NCBI GenBank assembly: GCA_028281105.1
Contig: JANQKQ010000067.1
Location: 3,200 to 67,199, forward strand
DNA from: Rhizobiaceae bacterium
Lineage (GTDB): Bacteria > Pseudomonadota > Alphaproteobacteria > Rhizobiales > Rhizobiaceae
DNA length: 64,000 bases
Direction: 5' to 3'
The notes under the pieces were generated by a model. That model saw nothing but the letters and a program-made list of their open reading frames with translations. It ran no database searches and was not told where the DNA came from. Made by a program: the position numbers and the translations under genes. Shown here piece by piece: positions 58,123 to 64,000 of this stretch (the first letter of the stretch is position 1; every line of letters begins with the position of its first letter).

Positions 58123-59109
58123 TCAAATGCGAACCCGTTTCCCCGTCTGCGCAGCGCGTGTGGCCGCATCGGCGAGAACCTGCGCGCGCAGGCCGTCCTC
58201 GCCGTTCGGTGACGGCGACGCGCCGCTTTCGACGCAATCAAGGAAGTGGTCGAGTTCGCCGGCGTAGGCGGCCGCGTAGCGCTCCATAAAGAAATCCTCC
58301 AGCGGATCGGCGGTGAAGCCGTCCGCCTTAGCGATCTCCACCGTGGTCTCGTGCACATTGCCTGCTCGAAGCATGCCGGCCGAGCCGTGGACCTCGATGC
58401 GCTGGTCGTAGCCGTAGGTGGCCCGGCGGGAGCAGGAGATCTGGCACAGCTTGCCGCTCTTTGTCTTCAGTTGGACAAGCGCGGTGTCCACGTCGCCGGT
58501 TTCCCCGATCGCCGGGTCGACCAGCGCCGATCCGGCGACCTGAAGCTCCACCGGCTCTTCACCCAGCAGGAAGCGGGCCATGTCGAAGTCGTGGATCATC
58601 ATGTCGCGGAACAGTCCGCCCGAGCGCTTCACATATTCGAGCGGCGGCGGGGCGGGATCGCGCGAAGTGATCGTGACCAGTTCGACGGCGCCGATCTCGC
58701 CGGCGGCCAGGCGCTTCTGGAGGCGGGCAAACGAAGGGTCGAAGCGGCGGTTGAAGCCGACCATCAGCGACGCGTCGTACGGTGCGATGGTGTCGAGGCA
58801 TTGGCGCACTCGTTCGGCTGACAGATCGACCGGCTTTTCGCACAGAATCGCCTTGCCGCGCGCGGCGGCCGCTTCGATCAGGTCCGCATGGGTGTCGGTG
58901 GGGGTGCAGATGACCACCGCGTCGATCGCCTTGTCGGCGACTATGTCCTCGACACCGGCTACCGCCGCCCCGGTCTCGTCCGCGAGCGCGTTGGCGGCCT
59001 CGGCGACCGCGTCGCTGACCATCGCCAGCCGCGCCCGGCGCGAGCGGTGGATCGAGGCGGCGTGCACCTGGCCGATGCGGCCGCAGCCGATAAGCGCGAT
59101 CCCGATCAT
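58123..59109 (-). CDS. iolG: myo-Inositol 2-dehydrogenase (Gfo/Idh/MocA family)
   Basis: MIGIALIGCGRIGQVHA...ILCEKP...GFNRRFDP. Last gene of the iol operon. Confidence 0.85.
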   Translation of the reverse strand: MIGIALIGCGRIGQVHAASIHRSRRARLAMVSDAVAEAANALADETGAAVAGVEDIVADKAIDAVVICTPTDTHADLIEAAAARGKAILCEKPVDLSAERVRQCLDTIAPYDASLMVGFNRRFDPSFARLQKRLAAGEIGAVELVTITSRDPAPPPLEYVKRSGGLFRDMMIHDFDMARFLLGEEPVELQVAGSALVDPAIGETGDVDTALVQLKTKSGKLCQISCSRRATYGYDQRIEVHGSAGMLRAGNVHETTVEIAKADGFTADPLEDFFMERYAAAYAGELDHFLDCVESGASPSPNGEDGLRAQVLADAATRAAQTGKRVRI

Positions 59110-59936
59110 GGCCGGCCAATCTCCCGGATAACCCTTACGGCCTCCGTCTTCACCGCGTCGACGGTCGGCGATAACAGGGCGACGCGGTCGAACACCGCTT
59201 TGTCGGCATTGACCGAGCGGCGCAGCGCCTGGCCGAACGCCATGCGCAGTTCGGTGCCTACGTTGAACTTGGCGACTCGGGAAGTCGAGGCGATCTCGCG
59301 CCTTAGTTCACCGGGAATGCCGCTGGCGCCGTGCAGCACCAGAGGAATGCTCGTAGCCGCCTCGATCTCGCGCAATCGGCTGAAATCGATAACTGCGCTC
59401 TTGTCCGTCTGCAGGTGGGTGTTGCCGATAGAGACAGCCAGCGCGTCAGCGCCCGCTTCGCGGTCGAAACGTTCCGCTTCGCCCGGATCGGTGGCTGCCG
59501 AACTGGCGCCTTGCGCGTAGCCGACGAAGCCCACCTCGCCTTCCACCGACACGCCGGCGTCGTGGGCCTTCTCGACGATCGCGGCGGTGGTGTCGATGTT
59601 TTGCGAGATCGGCAGCTTCGAGCCGTCGAACATCACCGAGGTGAACCCGTGCTCGATTCCCTCGACGCATTCGTCGATCGAGTAGCCGTGGTCGATGTGA
59701 CAGACCACCGGCACGTCGGCTTGGTCGGCCAGGTGCCGGAACATCTTGCCCAGCACCGGTACCGGCGTGTGCTTTCGGCAGCCCGGCCCCGCCTGCAGGA
59801 TGATCGGGAGCCCGGTCTCCACGCCGGCCTGCACATAGGCGAGGGCGTCCTCCCAGCCCAGCACCACCAGGCCGGCGATCGCATAACCGTCTTGCGCGGC
59901 GGCTGGCAGCACGTCGGAAAGGGTAGCCGCGGTCAT
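59106..59936 (-). CDS. Class II fructose-bisphosphate-aldolase-family protein (IolJ-like)
   Basis: ATG 59936 (MTAATLSDVL). VVCHIDHGYS and FTSVMFDGS are class II aldolase motifs. ATGA overlaps on both sides. Confidence 0.8.
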   Translation of the reverse strand: MTAATLSDVLPAAAQDGYAIAGLVVLGWEDALAYVQAGVETGLPIILQAGPGCRKHTPVPVLGKMFRHLADQADVPVVCHIDHGYSIDECVEGIEHGFTSVMFDGSKLPISQNIDTTAAIVEKAHDAGVSVEGEVGFVGYAQGASSAATDPGEAERFDREAGADALAVSIGNTHLQTDKSAVIDFSRLREIEAATSIPLVLHGASGIPGELRREIASTSRVAKFNVGTELRMAFGQALRRSVNADKAVFDRVALLSPTVDAVKTEAVRVIREIGRP

Positions 59937-60775
59937 TTGAACTTCGCGATCATGTCCTTGATGCCGGGAATGGTCTCCACCTGGTAAGCGTGGGTCGGCT
60001 GGAAGAATTGCACCAGCGAACGCTGAGACTGGCCGGCGAGAATGGTGAAATAATACATCTCGTAGCCCGGAGCGGCCACGCACGGGTGATAGCCTTTGTC
60101 GATGGCGAAGGTGGAGCCGTCGACCACGTGGAAGGCCTCGCCCACCGCGCCGTCTTCACCCTGCAAAAGCTGCATGCCAAAGCCATGGCCTGGTCGGAAG
60201 CGGAAATTGTAGACCTCGTCGTGGTGGGTCTCGTCGGGCAGGCGGTCGGTGTCGTGCTTGTGCGGAGGAAAGCCGGACCAGCCGCCGGCGCCCACGGTGA
60301 ACAATTCCGAGACCAGCAGCCGACCCACCCGGTCGTGAACCTGGCCGCCGAGAATGTGCTTGATCTTGCGGTGGGTCTTGGTGTCGTCGGAGCCGTATTG
60401 CACCAGGTCGAGATCGTCGGCCCGCACCGCGAACGGTTCGAACACGCCGTCGAACCGGGCGCCGGCGATGAACACCTCGCAATGGTCCGACGCGCAGGTA
60501 AACCGCGCCGGCGCGCCGGTGGGCACATAGACCCCTTCCGGCTCGCCGTCCCACACATCTGCGCCGCGTCCGCCGATGCCGGCGAAGGGCTCACCGTCCA
60601 CGTCCACATCGACCGACCCGGTCGCCGGCACGATGGCGGTTTCGTAGCCGGGGACTGAGCTTTCGAAGCTCTCGCCGCGCGCCAGCCGGACGATGTTGAA
60701 GTAGACCAGCGGTACGAGTTCGTCGTCCACGTCGATGATCGGCCGGTTGGCGTTTTCGAAAGGGGGGATGTGCAT
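59933..60775 (-). CDS. iolB: 5-Deoxy-glucuronate isomerase
   Basis: 280-aa cupin. Sequence and operon position between iolC and the aldolase are typical of IolB. Confidence 0.8.
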   Translation of the reverse strand: MHIPPFENANRPIIDVDDELVPLVYFNIVRLARGESFESSVPGYETAIVPATGSVDVDVDGEPFAGIGGRGADVWDGEPEGVYVPTGAPARFTCASDHCEVFIAGARFDGVFEPFAVRADDLDLVQYGSDDTKTHRKIKHILGGQVHDRVGRLLVSELFTVGAGGWSGFPPHKHDTDRLPDETHHDEVYNFRFRPGHGFGMQLLQGEDGAVGEAFHVVDGSTFAIDKGYHPCVAAPGYEMYYFTILAGQSQRSLVQFFQPTHAYQVETIPGIKDMIAKFK

Positions 60776-60781
60776 TGGAGT

Positions 60782-61786
60782 TCAGGCCGCCTCGTCGGGT
60801 TTCGTCTGGCCGGGATGGTCGGCGAGGAACCGTTCCAGTTCCTCGCGTGTGGGCATGGCGGGCGCGCAGGCGAATTTCGACACCACGATGGCGGCGGCGG
60901 CCGAGCCCAGGCGCACGCATTCGCCCAACTCGCGCCCGGCGGCGAAGGCGGCGAGGAAATTGCCCATGAACGCATCGCCGGCCCCGGTCGGCTTCAACGC
61001 GGTGACCGGGAAGATGCCCTGTCGCAGGGCGGTCTCGCCGGTCAAGGTGATCGAGCCCTCATGACCCATCTTGTAGAGGACGATGCGGCCGTCCTGGCGT
61101 GCCAGTTGCTTTGCCAGGGCGAAGCCGGCCTCGCGGTCGCCGCCGGCCATCACCGCGAATTCTTCGTCATTGCCCACCAGGATGTCGCAGAAATCGGCCG
61201 CCGTGCGATAGACCCGCTCGGATTCTTCAGCGCTCGCCCAGGTGTAGGGCCGGTAATCGAGATCGATTACCACCGGCAGGCCGGCGGCACGGGCCTTCTC
61301 CAGCGCCATGAACCCGGCCGAGCGCGACGGCTCAAGCGCGAACACGGTTCCGGTGATCACCAGGGCGCCGAAATCTTCGTAGGCCAGGTCGGCCACATCG
61401 CTTTCGTCCATCAACAGGTCAGCCGCGCCGTTGCGATAGATGATCGACTGATGGTCCTCGACCCGGCTTTCGACCACGGCGAACGAGGTGCGCGCCTGGC
61501 CGCCGACCGTGCCCACATGGGCCGCGTCGACGCCGTAATGGGCGAGTTGGTTGATGGCGTGCCGGCCGAGCGCGTCGTCGGAGACGCGGGTGACCAGCGA
61601 AGCGCGGCCGCCCTGCCTGACGATCGCCACCGCGATGTTCGCCGACGAGCCACCCAGCGCGGCCTGGAAGAACTCGGCGTCCTCGGTGCGCGTGCCCGGC
61701 GGATGGGGATAGACGTCGACGCCGGCGCGGCCGATCACCAGGAAACGGTTTTGTCGAATGCGCTCGAGCTTCGCCGTCGGCGCCAT
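60782..61786 (-). CDS. iolC: 5-Dehydro-2-deoxygluconokinase (PfkB family)
   Basis: ATG 61786 (MAPTAKLERIRQNRFLVIGRAGVD). GGSSANIAV and TGAGDAFMG are PfkB motifs. Confidence 0.85.
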   Translation of the reverse strand: MAPTAKLERIRQNRFLVIGRAGVDVYPHPPGTRTEDAEFFQAALGGSSANIAVAIVRQGGRASLVTRVSDDALGRHAINQLAHYGVDAAHVGTVGGQARTSFAVVESRVEDHQSIIYRNGAADLLMDESDVADLAYEDFGALVITGTVFALEPSRSAGFMALEKARAAGLPVVIDLDYRPYTWASAEESERVYRTAADFCDILVGNDEEFAVMAGGDREAGFALAKQLARQDGRIVLYKMGHEGSITLTGETALRQGIFPVTALKPTGAGDAFMGNFLAAFAAGRELGECVRLGSAAAAIVVSKFACAPAMPTREELERFLADHPGQTKPDEAA

Positions 61787-61788
61787 GC

Positions 61789-63663
61789 TCAAACGCCCCT
61801 GCGCTGAAACTTGGCGCGGGTCGCCTCGGCCTCTTCGCGGGCGGCGTTGACGGTCTCGCGGCTGGAGATGGCGGGAATGCCGGTCTCCCACCATGCGTGG
61901 CCCTCGCCGGTCCAGCCCTCATGGGCGTCCACCTTCATGGAGATGATGTAGGTCTTCTGCGACGCCTTGGCCCGGGCGAAGGCGTCGTCGAACTCGGCCA
62001 TCGAGGAAATCGTCTCGCCGTCGGCGCCCATGGCCTTCGCATGGGCTTCGAAGTCGACGGCGAACGGCTCGCCCGCCAGCCGGCAGTCGGCGAGCAGGTT
62101 GTTGAACGAGGCGTTGCCGGTGTTGTTCTGTAGCTTGTTGATGACGGCGAAGCCGCCATTGTCGCACAGCACGATGATGATCTTGTGCCCGGCGAGCACC
62201 GAGGAATAGATGTCGGAATTGAGCATCATGTAGGAGCCGTCGCCGACGAAGGCGATGGTGTCGTTGTCGGGCTCGGTCTCCATCTGCGCCATGCGCGCGC
62301 CCCAGGCGCCCGAGATCTCGTAGCCCATGCAGGAGAAGCCGAACTCCACATCGACGGTGCCGGGCGACCTGGTGCGCCAGTTGGCGGTGACCTCCGCCGG
62401 CAGGCCGCCGGCCGAGGCGACGACGCGGTCGCGCTCGTCACACAACCGATTGACCGCGCCGACCGCCTGCGCATACGAAGCCGGCCGGTTGCCGAGTTTG
62501 ACGTTGTCATCGACATAGGCGTTCCAGGCGGTGACTTCGTCACTCGCCCGCTTGACCCAGGCCTCTGGCGATTTGTGATCGGCCAGCGCCTCGCCTAGTG
62601 CATCGAGCGCCAGTTTGGCGTCGCCGACGACGGCCAGGCCCAGATGTTTGGCCGCGTCGAAGCGGGCGACGTTGATACCGATGAGCTTCGCGTCGCCCTC
62701 GAACGCTGTCCATGAGCCGGTGGTGAAATCCTGCAATCTGGTGCCGACGGCGATGATCAGGTCGGCGTCCGCGCTCAGATGGTTGGCGCTGTTGGAGCCG
62801 GTCACCCCGACGGGGCCGCAGTTCAGCCGATGGGTGAAATCCAGGTTGGCGCGCCCGGCGATGGTCTCGACCACCGGGATATCATGCGCCTCGGCGAACC
62901 GGGCAAGCTCGGCCTCCGCCCCGCTATACTGCACCCCGCCGCCGGCAATCATCACCGGGCGTTTGGCCGAGCGAATGAGGTCGGCCGCGTCGACGATCTC
63001 GCGCGCATCGGGCGCCTGGCGGCGGATGCGGTGCACACGCTCTTCGAAGAAGGCCAGCGGATAGTCCCAGGCCCAGCCCTGCACGTCCTGGGGCAGGCCG
63101 AGGAACGCCGGGCCGCAATCGGCCGGGTCGAGCAACGTATTGATGGCCGCCGGCAGCGACTGCACGAGTTGGGCCGGATGCATGATGCGGTCCCAGTAGC
63201 GGGCGACGGACTGGAAGGCGTCGTTGACCGTCAACGCCGGCTGGTGGAAGTGCTCGACCTGCTGCAGCACAGGATCGGGCAGCCGGGTAGCGAAAGTGTC
63301 GCCCGCCAGCAGCAGCAGCGGCAGGCGGTTGGTGTGGGCGACGCCGGCGGCGGTGAGCATATTCGTGGTGCCCGGACCGGCCGAGGCGGTGGCGAACATG
63401 AAGCGGCGGCGCAGCTTCTGCTTGGCGTAGCCGGTCGCGGCCATCGCCATCGCCTGCTCGTTCTGGCCGCGCCACACGGGCAGTTCGTCGCGAAACTCGT
63501 ACAGCGCCTCGCCCAGGCAGGTGACATTGCCATGGCCGAAGATGGCGAAGCCGCCGGCGCACAGGCGCTGCCTCTGGCCGTCGATTTCAATGAACTGGTT
63601 GGCCAGATGGCGCACCAGCGCCTGGGCCATCGTCAGCCGGATTGTGCCCGCGCCCTTGCTCAT
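61789..63663 (-). CDS. iolD: 3D-(3,5/4)-trihydroxycyclohexane-1,2-dione acylhydrolase (ThDP enzyme)
   Basis: 624-aa ThDP-dependent enzyme (…GDGSYMMLNSD…). First gene of the iol operon. Confidence 0.85.
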   Translation of the reverse strand: MSKGAGTIRLTMAQALVRHLANQFIEIDGQRQRLCAGGFAIFGHGNVTCLGEALYEFRDELPVWRGQNEQAMAMAATGYAKQKLRRRFMFATASAGPGTTNMLTAAGVAHTNRLPLLLLAGDTFATRLPDPVLQQVEHFHQPALTVNDAFQSVARYWDRIMHPAQLVQSLPAAINTLLDPADCGPAFLGLPQDVQGWAWDYPLAFFEERVHRIRRQAPDAREIVDAADLIRSAKRPVMIAGGGVQYSGAEAELARFAEAHDIPVVETIAGRANLDFTHRLNCGPVGVTGSNSANHLSADADLIIAVGTRLQDFTTGSWTAFEGDAKLIGINVARFDAAKHLGLAVVGDAKLALDALGEALADHKSPEAWVKRASDEVTAWNAYVDDNVKLGNRPASYAQAVGAVNRLCDERDRVVASAGGLPAEVTANWRTRSPGTVDVEFGFSCMGYEISGAWGARMAQMETEPDNDTIAFVGDGSYMMLNSDIYSSVLAGHKIIIVLCDNGGFAVINKLQNNTGNASFNNLLADCRLAGEPFAVDFEAHAKAMGADGETISSMAEFDDAFARAKASQKTYIISMKVDAHEGWTGEGHAWWETGIPAISSRETVNAAREEAEATRAKFQRRGV

Positions 63664-63720
63664 AACGGCTCTCTTTATTTATCTCGCGCGAGTTCGCTTC
63701 GCGAACCGCTCCGATGGGGC

Positions 63721-63790
63721 GCCCTGATCGGGCGGCGGCCGTTCGGCCTTGCGAACCCTTCGGGTTCGGGGTTCCTACGTCAAGGCCTGC
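63721..63790. repeat. Copy B of the GTTCG/CGAAC hairpin repeat (intergenic, upstream of iolD)
   Basis: See copy A at 1621-1690, including the identical 21-mer at 63748-63768. An additional GTTCGC-ttc-GCGAAC hairpin lies at 63691-63705. Confidence 0.7.
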
Positions 63791-63840
63791 CACATCGTGG
63801 CACGCCGCTTGACTGAAAACGGTAATTGGAGTTTAGCTCA

Positions 63841-63858
63841 TTTGCAACCGGTTGCAAA
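63841..63858. promoter_or_regulatory. 18-bp perfect palindrome, LacI/GalR-type operator candidate in the iol divergent region
   Basis: TTTGCAAC-CG-GTTGCAAA fits the TGnAAnCGnTTnCA pattern with a central CG. Confidence 0.5.
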
Positions 63859-63956
63859 AAAATTGGGATTGGCGCGGCCGTTTGGCGGGATAAATCATCG
63901 CAAAATGGAAAACGACAGCATCGCGGATTGACCCGAGCGGGAAGGCGGAGCAAGCC

Positions 63957-64000
63957 ATGGGAATGATCAAAATCGGCAACGCGCCATGCTCGTGGGGAGT
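63957..64000 (+). CDS. 5' end of a CDS (possibly a xylose-isomerase-like TIM-barrel / IolE-like enzyme), truncated by the window
   Basis: GGAG lies 6 nt before ATG 63957. MGMIKIGNAPCSWG. Only 14 codons are visible, so the family call is weak. Confidence 0.45.
   Translation, partial: MGMIKIGNAPCSWG

Noticed and set aside
63691-63767. GTTC/GAAC motifs in the repeat copies read as additional LexA boxes
   Set aside because: The alphaproteobacterial LexA site is a direct repeat (GTTC-N7-GTTC). These are inverted (GTTC-N7-GAAC and GAAC-N7-GTTC) and are part of a hairpin repeat, so I do not call them SOS boxes.
58047-64000. iol operon as a tRNA-Gln-associated genomic island
   Set aside because: No integrase, transposase, att-like direct repeat or compositional shift is visible within the window. 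Kept only as a low-interest note.

Overview
High-GC (about 60-65% by eye) chromosomal segment that looks alphaproteobacterial and Rhizobiales-like. Supporting signs are a fused trpE(G) with a Trp-codon leader and attenuator, frcBCAK-type fructose ABC genes, dctBD next to dctPQM, rsmB-heparinase-purH synteny, and an imuA-imuB-dnaE2 cassette behind a GTTC-N7-GTTC LexA box. Most of the window is ordinary housekeeping and catabolic content:
- SOS mutagenesis cassette, a CoA-transferase, an FAD oxidoreductase, cytochrome c, bfd-bfr.
- Co-type nitrile hydratase (alpha, beta, accessory protein).
- CDF transporter, trpE(G), benE, the frc fructose uptake locus with a ROK regulator and fructokinase.
- TRAP dctPQM with dctBD, modABC, eda, asd, ArsR/SRPBCC pair, pdxY, an MFS transporter.
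- purH, heparinase II/III-like protein, rsmB, an SLC13 transporter, rlmE, ppx, tRNA-Gln, and a myo-inositol (iolG, aldolase, iolB/C/D) operon.

The best candidate for an undescribed system is the same-strand module at 10478-19263. It holds a long coiled-coil protein, two large orphan proteins, a classical-clade (Vps4/FtsH-like) AAA ATPase with a roughly 300-aa helical N-domain, and a single-TM protein. An approximately 2 kb HxlR/small-ORF/VapBC insertion splits it.

Other signals worth a second look:
- an intergenic-type repeat embedded in-frame in imuB, with a second copy upstream of iolD;
- a 28% GC patch holding an open 70-codon ORF translationally coupled to the CDF gene;
- a Thr/Lys/Ile-rich uORF in a C-rich, G-poor asd leader;
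- a 16-nt perfect complement of the 16S rRNA 3' tail in front of a 25-codon ORF with its own terminator;
- several strong palindromic operators and hairpins.

I saw no CRISPR array, rRNA gene, transposase or integrase. All calls rest on reading the ORF translations and the DNA by eye; no database search was run.
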